From a plasmid, in the sequence record NZ_CP054002.1: a stretch of DNA of 64,000 nucleotides. One strand, given 5' to 3'. A program made the translations under genes and the position numbers. Under the pieces are notes generated by a model. It ran no database searches. It was not told the origin of the DNA and saw only the letters and a list, made by a program, of their open reading frames with translations. Of this stretch, positions 40,539-53,419 are shown piece after piece (position 1 is the first letter of the stretch; each line of letters opens with the position of its first letter).

Positions 40539-41338
40539 ATGACAAAAAAGAAATTGCCCGTTCGTTTTACGGGTCAGCACTTTACTATTGATAAAGTGCT
40601 AATAAAAGATGCAATAAGACAAGCAAATATAAGTAATCAGGATACGGTTTTAGATATTGGGGCAGGCAAGGGGTTTCTTACTGTTCATTTATTAAAAATC
40701 GCCAACAATGTTGTTGCTATTGAAAACGACACAGCTTTGGTTGAACATTTACGAAAATTATTTTCTGATGCCCGAAATGTTCAAGTTGTCGGTTGTGATT
40801 TTAGGAATTTTGCAGTTCCGAAATTTCCTTTCAAAGTGGTGTCAAATATTCCTTATGGCATTACTTCCGATATTTTCAAAATCCTGATGTTGAGAGTCTT
40901 GGAAATTTTCTGGGAGGTTCCATTGTCCTTCAATTAGAACCTACACAAAAGTTATTTTCGAGGAAGCTTTACAATCCATATACCGTTTTCTATCATACTT
41001 TTTTTGATTTGAAACTTGTCTATGAGGTAGGTCCTGAAAGTTTCTTGCCACCGCCAACTGTCAAATCAGCCCTGTTAAACATTAAAAGAAAACACTTATT
41101 TTTTGATTTTAAGTTTAAAGCCAAATACTTAGCATTTATTTCCTGTCTGTTAGAGAAACCTGATTTATCTGTAAAAACAGCTTTAAAGTCGATTTTCAGG
41201 AAAAGTCAGGTCAGGTCAATTTCGGAAAAATTCGGTTTAAACCTTAATGCTCAAATTGTTTGTTTGTCTCCAAGTCAATGGTTAAACTGTTTTTTGGAAA
41301 TGCTGGAAGTTGTCCCTGAAAAATTTCATCCTTCGTAG
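40539..41338 (+). pseudogene. ermF: ermF copy with single-base deletion (TTT to TT at ~40890) causing frameshift; probably sequencing artefact
   Basis: ORFs 40482..40937 + 41009..41338 tile ErmF. Confidence 0.8.
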
Positions 41339-41549
41339 TTCAAAGTCGGGTGGTTGTCAAGATGATTTTTTGGTTTGGTGTCGTCTTTTTTTAAGCTGCC
41401 GCATAACGGCTGGCAAATTGGCGATGGAGCCGACTTTTAGCACAAATGTTGAATAGAATTACTAATCTTCAACATTGCACAAAAGTTCAATAGAAGTACT
41501 TCACCGGCTCTATTGCCAATTTGTTTGTTATGTGCCGTTTTATTCCATT

Positions 41550-42715
<1,166 letters not shown>

Positions 42716-43493
42716 TCAAAAATGGCCCATAACAATGGCTCGGCGAATTGGCGAAGTAGCGAAGCTGTATCGAAGATACAAAAGCGGAGCTATTTAGCCA
42801 AGTCGCTTGTTGTAAGCAGTCCGCGAAGCGGCGGCTTACGGCAAGCGACGTAAGTCGCCGAGCCATTGTTAGCAAGGAGCGCAGCGGATTGCTAACAACG
42901 GTTTGCAGCTATACGCAGGCAGGGATTTTTACCACTAAGCTACCTACGATGAACTGAACTTTAAATTTACCACTTTCCTGTCTTACGAAGCACGAACCCC
43001 CTGCTTGCGTATAGGTGATGTTATGCGGTCGGCTTTCATTTTCTCTTCTTTCTCGTTAATTTGTCAAGCAAAGTTACTAAATTTGCAGTCAAGCAATTTC
43101 AATTTTGAATTATGTATTTCAGCAGACCTTGGACTTCTATCTAAGTGATAGGCAGTCCTGAATAAATTCCAATCAATCTTTTAGGGCAAGACAATCAGTC
43201 TATGCTTTGTGTGTGCTGTCATTTTTTTTGATGGCATTGCTTTGTCGTAGTTGCTCTGTCGGGTAATACTGTCTATTCACTTCTCTGTGATTTGAATTCA
43301 AGGTATTACTAAATTAACCCCCTATAAGATAGAATTGTAAAGTTCTTTTCATCCGCAAAATGGAATGAATAGAACGTAATATTCATATTGTTAAAATCTA
43401 TTAACGGGGGGGGTAAATTCTAATTTGTATTTCTACATGCTTTGAATAATAAATATATACATATTTTTGAACCATTAAAATATAAACTTTATC

Positions 43494-43694
43494 ATGGAAA
43501 AAGCAAATATAGGATTTAAAGCCGGGATCATCTTAGAAAAATTAGGCGAAACCGGACTTATAACCATTGCCGAGCTTGCGAGAAGGCTAAATCTTGCGGC
43601 TGATGAAACCGCACTCGCCGCCGGGTGGCTCGCACGTGAGAATAAGATATACATCGAACGGCGAAACGGTTTGCTGTATATCAGGAAAGAGTGA
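43494..43694 (+). CDS. small winged-helix-like protein (copy of 5693..5893)
   Basis: Identical translation. Confidence 0.45.
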   Translation: MEKANIGFKAGIILEKLGETGLITIAELARRLNLAADETALAAGWLARENKIYIERRNGLLYIRKE

Positions 43695-43816
43695 TACAAC
43701 GTATCAAAAGGATAAACGATAAACGCTGGAATGTTTGCAGTGCGTAACACTATTGATGTAAAAGTGCTTTTCATTATCCATTTGAAACCATTTATAAACT
43801 TATAAAAAATACAGGT

Positions 43817-44053
43817 ATGGATAAGCACATCATCAGAGAGAACGCAGGGAAACTCTGGCGCTTATTAAGCACAGACGTACACCGGAAATGGAATTTGCAG
43901 GAAGTAAAGGAATTGACAGGGTTCAATGATCTGGAAGTCGCCAGTGCGATAGGCTGGCTCGCTCGTGAGGACAAGATTCAATTCGAGCTTGAACACCACG
44001 ACACTAAGGATAAGAACGCATTACTATACCTTATGTTGAACGTCTATTTCTAA
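43817..44053 (+). CDS. small winged-helix-like protein (copy of 6016..6252)
   Basis: Identical translation. Confidence 0.45.
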   Translation: MDKHIIRENAGKLWRLLSTDVHRKWNLQEVKELTGFNDLEVASAIGWLAREDKIQFELEHHDTKDKNALLYLMLNVYF

Positions 44054-44397
44054 ACACCTCCCTTTGAATTGTAAAAGCCTCCGGCGGGGTTTTCGCCGGG
44101 GGGCTTCTTGCATTTGCATATATAACCTCAAAGGCAAGTCAAATCGGACGGGGTGGCGGTCGGACGGCTGAAAAGTCGAAAACGTAACACAGGCGTGTTA
44201 CTACTTGTCTTTGACAAGGCATTTTTTAGGGGTGCTGGCATACAATCCGAAAGGGGCGGGAACGGCTGTTCCCGTTTGTTCTCCCTGCAACCTACAGGAT
44301 ATTAACCTTAAATCATTAAGTGATAAACACTATATTTAATAACCCCTTTTAGCCAACAAATTGTTATCTTTGCGTAGGGTAAACAAAAAATAAGCTT

Positions 44398-44841
44398 ATG
44401 AAAACTGCTATGGAAAAAAAAGAAACCGGCTTAATGAGACAGATCGGTTATCTCTCTTTTGTCGTTGTTTTGTTGTATGGGCTTACGCTATTTGCGGTTT
44501 CTTGTGACAATGATGAAGATCCTCCTCTTCCTCCCGCAGTGGAAAAAGTAGTGCTGGCATTTGGTGTGGATCAGGGTGAAGGTCAGCTTTCGGCTAAACC
44601 GGAGTTGGAAAATACGGCTGCGGAAAAGATAGGAGAATTGATCTCTCCGGCTGAAATAGCGAAAGGCACAACGGTGCATTTTCGTGCTACCCATTCCAAA
44701 TCATGGACAATCATGTATTGGAAAGTCAATGGCGTCATTATTCGTTCTGTGGAGCCGGAGCAGACTTTCGTCATCGATGAGCATAAGGAGGTTCGGGTTG
44801 CTTTCAAGCCTTACAAGTCACCGGAACCGGAGGGGCTGTAA
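44398..44841 (+). CDS. lipoprotein (copy of 6597..7040)
   Basis: Identical translation. Confidence 0.5.
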   Translation: MKTAMEKKETGLMRQIGYLSFVVVLLYGLTLFAVSCDNDEDPPLPPAVEKVVLAFGVDQGEGQLSAKPELENTAAEKIGELISPAEIAKGTTVHFRATHSKSWTIMYWKVNGVIIRSVEPEQTFVIDEHKEVRVAFKPYKSPEPEGL

Positions 44842-44923
44842 AACAAACTGTGTCAGCAAAGCAATAAAATATTAATTTTGCTGACACAGTTTAATTGAAT
44901 TCTCTTTTTGCTGTTCATTTGCT

Positions 44924-45229
44924 TTATTTCAGGACTTCGCCCTTCTCGTTGAAGAACACTTCGCTGTCCGTGCCTTCTGCATCGGTAAATGTCACCTTGT
45001 AGGTCTTTGTGCCTTCCTCGCTTTCCTCAACTGCGGCTTCCTTGATTGTCAGGTCTGCGAAATCCTTCTTGATCGTGTCCTGAACCGCCTGCGGCAGATC
45101 CTTTACCTCGATTGGCTTATAATCGTTCACCATTACCACAATCTCAACATCCGATACCATGTTGCCGGCGAATGCCACTGAACTACCCAATCCCATAACA
45201 AGTGCTACTGCAAATAATACCTTTTTCAT
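44924..45229 (-). CDS. small secreted protein (copy of 7123..7428)
   Basis: Identical translation. Confidence 0.5.
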   Translation of the reverse strand: MKKVLFAVALVMGLGSSVAFAGNMVSDVEIVVMVNDYKPIEVKDLPQAVQDTIKKDFADLTIKEAAVEESEEGTKTYKVTFTDAEGTDSEVFFNEKGEVLK

Positions 45230-45903
45230 AATCCAATCTATTTAAATATTTAACATATGGTTTCTGAAAGACAAAGAACAAACATTGTGCCAAACAAACA
45301 AACAAGTCATATATACCTGATAATCAAAAGCATACAAAAAACACATATATTTATTGAAGAACTGTTATCTGTGTATCATTTCCACATTTTGTGGAAACGA
45401 TACACAGACTTTCTACAATTGCCTCCGGCGGGGTTTTCGCCGGGGGCTTCTTGCATTTGCATATCTATCAAAAAGAAAGCAATATCGGAGCGTTACACCA
45501 TAAAAACAGCTAGCCGGTTATTACAAAATGATATTGCCACAGTTGAGCATAAGGACAGGTCCAGCTATAAAATGGAGTAGGAGAGTAGCAAAATGATATT
45601 TATGTTTTAGGCGTTCCCTTCGGTCAGGCTTTCCGCTTCTACATGGTAAACGCTTCAATCCTTAACGCATAATGCCCACCCACCCGAATAAGGTAGGCTA
45701 TTTTCCGATTGATCGGTTCGGTGAGCCATCCGGTAAACCGAATGACTTTCACCGATCCGAACAGTCGGAAAAGGAGTACCCGGAATAAACCTTTCCGGCT
45801 GATAGGTGCAAGCACTTACCAGCTGGAAAGATATATTCCTGCATGGGTACTCCGGTAGCCGGTTGTTTGATCCCGTTATTATACTTTCGGAAAAAATCTG
45901 TGT

Positions 45904-46802
45904 TTAGATACTTTTTTCTGTGTTTAATCCTAGTTCTTTGCTATCGCTTTGGGCTAGTTTGATGTTGCTTAATCCGGGAGCATCAGAGGGCAGACCGAAG
46001 ATCTTCTGGACTGCTATCATCGTTGGAGCCGGTGCGGATCCTTTCAGGTTGTTTATCGCTTCCGGAGAAGGGATATATCCTTCATCCTTTAGGAAAGAGA
46101 TCTGTGCAAAGTCATTTTTTTTTATGGCAAGAAAAAAGTCTTTTTCTTTTAGATATTGATCTACCATTTCTTTTAAATCATCTTTTACTAATGACCAGTA
46201 GTTACCCTTGAAGCAATCTATTCCTTCAGGTGATTCTTTTACAGAATCTATTTTTGAAACCCATTTAATATACCTTCCTCTGTAACACTCCATTCGTTCC
46301 TTTTTATTCCCCAGTCGATCATATCTTTGAATGAATATTTTTCATTTAGTTCGTGGATATCCCAAAAGTCTTTTTGTCTTGGTTCTTCTTCTGTAATGGC
46401 AGATAGTTTCATGGCTGCTATTTCCCGTATGTCTGCTATTCGTATGTGGTCGATTTCTTGTATGGGGAAAATAAATTTTTCAGTATAGAAAAAATCGACT
46501 TTAATTTTGTCTATAGGGGAGTCCCCCATGTATAGTGTATATCCTAAAGCTGATGTGTCCAGAGAATCTGTATTCTCGGAATATGGAAAACTCCTTTGAA
46601 TAAACTCTTTCATTTCTTTTGTATTCATGGTTCCATAATCTATATCAGTGAATAAATCTATGTCAATAGATCTTCGATGTCCTAGTTGTAGGCTCAAACA
46701 GGTTCCACCTATAAGCGTGAAATCTTTAAAAATAGGACTATTGACCAGCTTTTGCAGAGTTTCTTTTAATAAAGGAGAAACAGTTTCATAATGTAAGTTC
46801 AT
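45904..46802 (-). pseudogene. AbiEii-like nucleotidyltransferase copy split by T6 to T5 contraction at ~46250
   Basis: ORFs 46248..46802 + 45904..46293. Confidence 0.6.
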
Positions 46803-47347
46803 AGAATGTATTTTTGATAGTTATCGTTTCTTGTGTTACTATTCCATTTGTTTTTTATGTTGGGAATGACTTGTTTTATGGTTTCTATTCCATAGAACCG
46901 AATAATCTCCTTGATCTCGATATCGTTGCCATATTCAAAAGCCCGTTGTATAACCCATTCCTTGTTCCTTATCCAATTTATCTTATCTATTCGTGTGTCC
47001 CAAAATAATCCTTTACTTAGTTTAGATAAGTCAGGATGTTTCTTTCGCTCTTCTTTCATTATGAAGGTATATATGTCATGGTTGGCTTGTATTTTAAAGA
47101 AAAAGCCTTCAATGTTTATGTTTAACGCTTTTTCTATTGAAATGGAGGCTTTTATAGTGAATTTTCGTTCCCCTTTTATATAGTCACAAATACGTTGCGG
47201 ATATTCATTTGACATATGCGCTAACTTTTTTTGAGATATATTCCTTTTTTTAAGGATTACATCCAATATCTTACCTGCCGGAACATCTTCCATTGACAAG
47301 TATTTTTCATATTTTATATTCATAGGACTATAATTTTGTTTTGGCAA
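46799..47347 (-). CDS. XRE-HTH partner protein (copy of 8999..9547)
   Basis: Identical translation. Confidence 0.5.
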   Translation of the reverse strand: MPKQNYSPMNIKYEKYLSMEDVPAGKILDVILKKRNISQKKLAHMSNEYPQRICDYIKGERKFTIKASISIEKALNINIEGFFFKIQANHDIYTFIMKEERKKHPDLSKLSKGLFWDTRIDKINWIRNKEWVIQRAFEYGNDIEIKEIIRFYGIETIKQVIPNIKNKWNSNTRNDNYQKYIL

Positions 47348-47401
47348 AAATAATGACTCTTAATACAATAACCAAATTTGGTTATTGTTATTTTGGAAAA
47401 A

Positions 47402-48679
47402 TTATAATGCCTGCTCAATATTTTTCCCGATTGTTTGCCTATCATTTTGGGCTAGCTTTATGTCGCTTAGTCCGGGAGTATCAGAGAGCAGACCGAAGAT
47501 CTTCTGGACTGCTATCATCGTTGGAGCCGGTGCGGATCCTTTCAGTTCGTCTATTATTTTAGGGGAAGGGATATACCCTTCATCCTTCAGCCCGGCGATC
47601 CGGGTAAAATCGTTTTTTTTTATGGCATCTTGGAACTCACATTCCTTGCCTTTTGATATGGATGCTTGTAGATCATCGTTCCAATCACTGTTTACCGATA
47701 ACTCCACGTTAGGCAGTTGAAGAACTTTATCCTTCAGTTCTTCAACTGGCAGACCTTCAATATTGGGTAACTCTTGACCTTTTAAGAATGTATCTAGCTT
47801 CAGCGCATATTTATAGCCGTTGCTATCATTGTCAAATATATAAGTAACCTGATCGGTTATATTATTAATATTTTGCTTTGACAGGAGCAGCTTTATAACG
47901 CCCATTTGTCCCTGTGTGATGTTCCCTTCAGTGCTGATATATAAGATGTTCTTTTCGGTATTCAGAAGCTTCATTTGATAATGGGACGCAGCATCGATCA
48001 TGCTTTCACTGATATATATATGCTCTATTGGTCTTGTCTTGTCATGCTTAGACACTACGATACTATCGTATTTGTTGCCTGATATGCCTTTGAAGCTCTT
48101 GCCGTCTTCAGGTCTTATCCCCCTTTGGGAAATACCCTGAAAGCCGTTTTGGTTAATAAGTCTGGTACAGGTATTATTATAGACTTTTCCATCTTTCCGG
48201 TGTTCCCTAGAGGTGAATACCCCGGAAAATACCGGTGAAGATAGTGTATCTTGAGTAATTCCTCTCTTTTGCAAGAAATCCCCTTGATAGGGTTTCAGTT
48301 GGCTGTTCAGGAACGCCAGCTGATTAGGATCTAGTTTTGCGTTGCTAACTCCAAACCGGCTATCTTGAGATAATACGACTTCTTTATTGTTTACATAGTT
48401 CTGAACGGCTTCCCCGGCTTCTCGCAGGCTAGGCATTCTCCCGGTCTGGTCGTAGATATGCTTCTGCATTAGATCTATGATAGTCTTTCCTCGTGCTTCT
48501 CCGTGAACGTCCCAATAGGTATAGTAATCCTTACTATTCTTCTTGATAATAACGGTATCGGATCCGTTGCTCATCTTAGGGGACGAGTTGGAAGATCCGG
48601 AAACAAACTTCCAGCCTAAATAGAGAAAAAACTCCGGAAGGGAAACATCCCTTTTCAGTTTGTCAAAGTCTACTTTCAT
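47402..48679 (-). CDS. toprim-domain protein (copy)
   Basis: Identical translation. Confidence 0.5.
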   Translation of the reverse strand: MKVDFDKLKRDVSLPEFFLYLGWKFVSGSSNSSPKMSNGSDTVIIKKNSKDYYTYWDVHGEARGKTIIDLMQKHIYDQTGRMPSLREAGEAVQNYVNNKEVVLSQDSRFGVSNAKLDPNQLAFLNSQLKPYQGDFLQKRGITQDTLSSPVFSGVFTSREHRKDGKVYNNTCTRLINQNGFQGISQRGIRPEDGKSFKGISGNKYDSIVVSKHDKTRPIEHIYISESMIDAASHYQMKLLNTEKNILYISTEGNITQGQMGVIKLLLSKQNINNITDQVTYIFDNDSNGYKYALKLDTFLKGQELPNIEGLPVEELKDKVLQLPNVELSVNSDWNDDLQASISKGKECEFQDAIKKNDFTRIAGLKDEGYIPSPKIIDELKGSAPAPTMIAVQKIFGLLSDTPGLSDIKLAQNDRQTIGKNIEQAL

Positions 48680-48683
48680 AACG

Positions 48684-49901
48684 TCAGATTTTTAGGTTAT
48701 TACTTTTATCTTTACCTAGCCCTACATTATCGCTTTGGGCTAGTTTGATGTTGCTTAATCCGGGAGCGTCAGAGGACAGACCGAAGATCTTCTGGACTGC
48801 TATCATTGTTGGAGCCGGTGCGGATTTTTTCAGCTCGTCTATTATTTTAGGGGAAGGGATATACCCTTCATCCTTCAGCCCGGCGATCCGGGTAAAATCG
48901 TTTTTTTTTATTGAATCTGAAAAAATAGAATCGGTTATTTGTTGCTGTGTTCTTATGATGATAGGATGATCCTGTATGTTATTCAGGATCTCCTTATCAG
49001 AAAACAAAAGATCCGGCTTATATTTCCCAGCGTAGAAGTTTGACAGGTACAGTTCCTCTGAAGGCTCTAATTTCATTAGCGAAGATACGAAATCAGCCAC
49101 CTTATCGTTGATCTCCTGCATGGGATATTTTCCGCTGTTGGTATGCATCATCGGAAGTAGCTGCTGCCTTATCTCCGTAAAGGTCACATTCTCTATGCTT
49201 TGTTTTGGATCAGCCTTTAACATTTCCTTATTCTCCGGATTGCCAAGAGAAGAGTAAAAAACAATGGATTTCCTTAAAAGATCCCTTTCTTCTTTGCTCG
49301 TCAATATATCAGAGGATGCAAGGGAGAAGAGGTCATATATATCTCTAGGCTTACATCTTTCATAGAACGCCTTTATCTTTCCTGCAAACAATTCGATAGG
49401 ATTGACGTAGTTTACTACAAATGAAGTCTTGTTCTCTCTGATGAAGGGAAACTCAATAGATTTAACTTCCGGTTTGAATATATGGGATCGATTATGATAG
49501 TTTATATCTAGTTTTATCTTATCTCCGCTTCCTGTCACCGTATTATAGTGCAAAGAGAGAGAATCTAGGGTAAAATTACTTCTTTCGGTCTTCCTATACC
49601 CGTTCTGCTGGAAATAGCTATCTAAAGCCTTGTTGATTTGTTCTCTCTCCGCTAACATATCCTCTTTAGATACGTTTTTAGAGAAATCAAGATCCAGATC
49701 GACAGAAAGCCGGGGAAGATCGAAAACAAGCAGGTTTATAGCCGTTCCCCCCTTCAGTAACAATTTACCGCTAAACTCCGGCTGATTGTTAAGGTCATTG
49801 AGGATATTGGATAATCGCATAACTTTCTCTATTCCAGCAACCGTAAAATTATTTTCTTTTGCTAGTCTAGTGATTTCTTCTTGTGTATAATCAAAACTCA
49901 T
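48684..49901 (-). CDS. abiEii: AbiEii-family nucleotidyltransferase (copy)
   Basis: Identical translation. Confidence 0.7.
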   Translation of the reverse strand: MSFDYTQEEITRLAKENNFTVAGIEKVMRLSNILNDLNNQPEFSGKLLLKGGTAINLLVFDLPRLSVDLDLDFSKNVSKEDMLAEREQINKALDSYFQQNGYRKTERSNFTLDSLSLHYNTVTGSGDKIKLDINYHNRSHIFKPEVKSIEFPFIRENKTSFVVNYVNPIELFAGKIKAFYERCKPRDIYDLFSLASSDILTSKEERDLLRKSIVFYSSLGNPENKEMLKADPKQSIENVTFTEIRQQLLPMMHTNSGKYPMQEINDKVADFVSSLMKLEPSEELYLSNFYAGKYKPDLLFSDKEILNNIQDHPIIIRTQQQITDSIFSDSIKKNDFTRIAGLKDEGYIPSPKIIDELKKSAPAPTMIAVQKIFGLSSDAPGLSNIKLAQSDNVGLGKDKSNNLKI

Positions 49902-50640
49902 AATATACTCCTTTCTCTATTTCTTTCATTACATCTTTAGGCGCACATACATTCCATTCCTTGAAATAGGTATCACAACGGGAAGGATTTGTAAGGTAAC
50001 TTGTTGTATTACCCATCTTCTTTTTACATACATCGAAGAACATATCCGATAGGTTTAGTTGTTCCTGAAGCTGGGACAGGATGAATCCTGTACGTTGATA
50101 CAGGCTTTTCTTTTGGTATAGCTTCAGGCATTCTAACATATCTTCTTCTATTACGGAATCCGGATCAACCTCGATTAAGGCAAATAACAGTTCTTCAATG
50201 CCACCGGCTAAGCCTATATTGTTTAAGCAGTCAATTATGGTTTGGCTGATTGATGTAACCGTGATAGGATAGCCGGTATCTTTTTTTGTAACCAATGGTT
50301 TGTATATAAACTGCAAAGGCTTATATACATAACGCTGGTTCAGGTACTCAAAAGACCGGAAGGGAGTAGAACTGTGCACATAAAGCCAGTTAAATTCCTG
50401 TGTCTGTAACATATAGAACTCTAATGCAGAATGATAAGCTAGGCAACCATTATCAACGGAATTGCAAGCTATCTGATACTTGTTCTGTATGTTAGCCGGC
50501 AAATATACTCCCCGGCGAATATGTGATAACAAACCTCGCTTTTTCCAGTTGTAAAGACGGGATTTCATGGTGTTATATCCTACTGGTTGATCTATGCTTA
50601 TCATGCCTGTTTCTTTATATTTAGATATTATATTACTCAT
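49891..50640 (-). CDS. abiEi: AbiEi-family antitoxin (copy)
   Basis: Identical translation. Confidence 0.6.
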   Translation of the reverse strand: MSNIISKYKETGMISIDQPVGYNTMKSRLYNWKKRGLLSHIRRGVYLPANIQNKYQIACNSVDNGCLAYHSALEFYMLQTQEFNWLYVHSSTPFRSFEYLNQRYVYKPLQFIYKPLVTKKDTGYPITVTSISQTIIDCLNNIGLAGGIEELLFALIEVDPDSVIEEDMLECLKLYQKKSLYQRTGFILSQLQEQLNLSDMFFDVCKKKMGNTTSYLTNPSRCDTYFKEWNVCAPKDVMKEIEKGVYYEF

Positions 50641-50776
50641 TTTACTTAGAATTTATTTCAAAGATATCAAATTTGATAGTATTGAGCAAATTTCTAAGTA
50701 TATTTTTTATATTTAAACTTGATATTATCAGTTAGTAGACAGATAATTAAGAATATACTTTCGGAAAAATATTCTC

Positions 50777-51376
50777 TTATCTTTTTCTGCCCTGTATGTT
50801 AATCCCTTCTATCCTTAGATACTTGTATAGGGTAGCTCTGGAAACTCCTACTATCCGGCAAACATCATCTATCGTGCCTATTTCATTTTGTAGATACTTG
50901 GTGTATTCTATAGCCGCTAGTTTAGCTTTCCTTTTAGCTTGATCTGTTAGACCGGGCTTGCGTCCTCCTATTCGTCCTTTTGCCTTTGCTGAAGTCAAAC
51001 CGGCTATTGTACGCTCGGAAATTATATTTCGCTCCATTTCTGCAATACAGCATAAAAGATGAAACGCAAACTTTCCGATTGGTGTTGATGTATTTAATTG
51101 CTCTGTTAGACTAATTAGAGCAATGTTTTTCTTTTCAAGAGCTTCTTGAAGTTTTATAAGTTCGCAGGTTCTTCTTCCTAATCGGTCTAGTTTCCACACG
51201 ATAAGCTGATCTCCTGTTTTTAATTTTGCAATTAAAGCATCTAAAACAGGCTTATTTTTATTCTTTCCAGATATTTTTTCTTCACAGATGTGATCCACTC
51301 CGTATAAACGTAATGCGTCCAGTTGGAGATTTAAGCATTGATCCGGAGTTGATACACGTGCATAACCATATTTCAT
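50777..51376 (-). CDS. small serine recombinase/invertase (copy)
   Basis: Identical translation. Confidence 0.85.
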   Translation of the reverse strand: MKYGYARVSTPDQCLNLQLDALRLYGVDHICEEKISGKNKNKPVLDALIAKLKTGDQLIVWKLDRLGRRTCELIKLQEALEKKNIALISLTEQLNTSTPIGKFAFHLLCCIAEMERNIISERTIAGLTSAKAKGRIGGRKPGLTDQAKRKAKLAAIEYTKYLQNEIGTIDDVCRIVGVSRATLYKYLRIEGINIQGRKR

Positions 51377-51448
51377 AATTTTTACGGCAAAAGTAGCACG
51401 TACATAGCCTTTGAAAAATATAGAGAAGGTGATTTTTGAATTTATTAA

Positions 51449-51471
51449 AACGAACCTTTTTTTAAACTGAA
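51449..51471. repeat. recombinant inversion junction: site-L left flank + 23-bp core + reverse complement of copy-1 site-R distal flank
   Basis: ...TTATTAAAACGAACCTTTTTTTAAACTGAA|TATGAGATTATTAA equals L flank + rc(30590..30614). Confidence 0.75.
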
Positions 51472-51472
51472 T

Positions 51473-52036
51473 ATGAGATTATTAAAATTAACTTTATTAC
51501 TAGTGTTATGTGCATGTACACATAGTGTTTATGCACAACGGCATTATGTAGGTATTTCAGCCCTAGAAGTAAACTATGGATTGAATATTTTTGGTAGGAA
51601 TAATACTAACTTAAACCTTTCAGTATCAAAGTATAGGAGTCGAACAACTTACTGGAAAATAGGTTTGAACTATTTTGAAAAGTCTTATAACTACAGTTAT
51701 GAAAGCAATACTGCGGAAGTTCCAACGATAGTTTCTTTTAGCTCTACAGCAAAAGATTACTATATTGATGCTGCTTATTTCAAAACAGTTGCGACAAATC
51801 TTTCTTCACTTTATTTTAGCCTAGGTCTAGGTCTTTTTACAGGTGTAGAAGCGTACAAGAGGCAGGATAATAAGTATGATTTCTTACTTGGTTTAAAGAT
51901 CGAGCCTGAATTAGAATACTTTGTATCTCCACGAGTTGCGATACTTGGACGTGTTAAGCAGTATTGGAGTCCGTTTAGCTATGCAAGCAAATGGAATACA
52001 GTCTGGAATCTTGGTGTTAAAGTCCTTATTTATTGA
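51473..52036 (+). CDS. outer-membrane beta-barrel-like protein (inverted copy of 30050..30613)
   Basis: Identical translation; start codon 2 bp after crossover core. Confidence 0.5.
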   Translation: MRLLKLTLLLVLCACTHSVYAQRHYVGISALEVNYGLNIFGRNNTNLNLSVSKYRSRTTYWKIGLNYFEKSYNYSYESNTAEVPTIVSFSSTAKDYYIDAAYFKTVATNLSSLYFSLGLGLFTGVEAYKRQDNKYDFLLGLKIEPELEYFVSPRVAILGRVKQYWSPFSYASKWNTVWNLGVKVLIY

Positions 52037-52239
52037 TTATGATATTATTATCAGCTGATGTAAGCGCATTGATTGACTTATTCAAACAATGTGGCGAAAT
52101 GCTAGCCGGTGTCGGATTTGTCTGTGCAGGTCTTGCGGTTATAAAAAAAATAATAACTAATCATGAGAAAATGAAAGAAGCTATAATTACGTATATCGTT
52201 GCATTAGTAATATTTATACTAATATGGTCGCTTATATAA
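52033..52239 (+). CDS. small membrane protein (68 aa), intact here
   Basis: ATGA overlap with upstream gene. Confidence 0.35.
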   Translation: MIMILLSADVSALIDLFKQCGEMLAGVGFVCAGLAVIKKIITNHEKMKEAIITYIVALVIFILIWSLI

Positions 52240-52634
52240 ATATACAAATGACTGAATATCTAGCCACTAATTATTCATTATTTGATCTGGCGATAGTTAC
52301 GATAGTTATTGTTTCAATTCTAATTTTAGGATTGGTCTATTTTTCCGGAAGTAAAAAGAAAACGGAGTGTACAGCTTCACTATCAGTTGAAGAAGAAAAA
52401 TCTGATTCTGATCTAGTTTTATCTCCACGCATAACAATAGTTTTTCAAAAGGATCTTTCAGATGATGAAGAATTAAGTAGAGAGATAGCGGATATGTATA
52501 TTTCAAACCGGGCGTACTATTATGCTGGTAAGATACCACCATTCCAGCATCAAGTACTTTCGGAAAAATCAGATGATGTTTTTGTCAAATATGAAAGTGT
52601 TGATTTTTCCGCTTTAAGCAAGATTGATATATAA
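52224..52634 (+). CDS. membrane protein (136 aa)
   Basis: Inverted copy of 29471..29863 with different C-terminal frame. Confidence 0.35.
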   Translation: MVAYINIQMTEYLATNYSLFDLAIVTIVIVSILILGLVYFSGSKKKTECTASLSVEEEKSDSDLVLSPRITIVFQKDLSDDEELSREIADMYISNRAYYYAGKIPPFQHQVLSEKSDDVFVKYESVDFSALSKIDI

Positions 52635-52728
52635 ATAACATGTATAAAATAACAATTAAAATTTTAAGATTATGGTACAAGTTTTGAAAAAGAGTGTAGA
52701 TTTTGTTAGTGTACACAAGCGTATTATT

Positions 52729-53010
52729 ATGATTTTAGGGCTTTTCCTGCTGACTTTTGTTGTTGTTCCTCAAGTTGTAGAAGCCCAAAGCGCATTAAAA
52801 ATTAGCAGTTTGTCCGATGTTGAATCGAAAGCGCAAGAAGGTTCTGATACGATTCTTAATATCGCAAAGTATGTATTAGCTGCCGTGCTTGGCATAGCTT
52901 TAGTATTTGTGATCTATTCCCTTGCAACGAATAATCCCCACGCCAAGGAGTATCTGCTCGGCTGGATCATTGCGGTTGCGGTTATTATGGTAGCTTTCCT
53001 TATTATCTGA
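52729..53010 (+). CDS. traE: TraE-like small membrane protein
   Basis: Inverted copy of 29079..29360. Confidence 0.45.
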   Translation: MILGLFLLTFVVVPQVVEAQSALKISSLSDVESKAQEGSDTILNIAKYVLAAVLGIALVFVIYSLATNNPHAKEYLLGWIIAVAVIMVAFLII

Positions 53011-53013
53011 TTA

Positions 53014-53322
53014 ATGAGGACTATAAGAAAGATAAATAGACCAATTAAGTTCTTTGGCTTAACGTCGGGACAATTTGGTCTATTTATGTTGGCAAATGCT
53101 TTGATTATAATTGTTTGCATATTTAAGCATGTGCATCCGGTAATCATAGTTAGTGTCATGGGAGCTATATTCTTTGCTTCAGGTATCTTATTCAAGAACC
53201 TAAAACGGGAACATAAAGCTGGCAATCCGGATTATCTAACTGGCTTATCGGTTAGATCTGCAACCCCTAAACAGATAATAGATAAACATAAGGTATTCAA
53301 TTTTATAATGAAGCAGAAATGA
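53014..53322 (+). CDS. traF: TraF-like small membrane protein
   Basis: Inverted copy. Confidence 0.45.
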   Translation: MRTIRKINRPIKFFGLTSGQFGLFMLANALIIIVCIFKHVHPVIIVSVMGAIFFASGILFKNLKREHKAGNPDYLTGLSVRSATPKQIIDKHKVFNFIMKQK

Positions 53323-53419
53323 TCTTGAAATCCTGCGGAATACGTGATACAGATTAAGGCTGTCGCTTTTTCTTGCAGAGAGTTTATATCTACTATGTGG
53401 TAACTAATTACAAAATAAA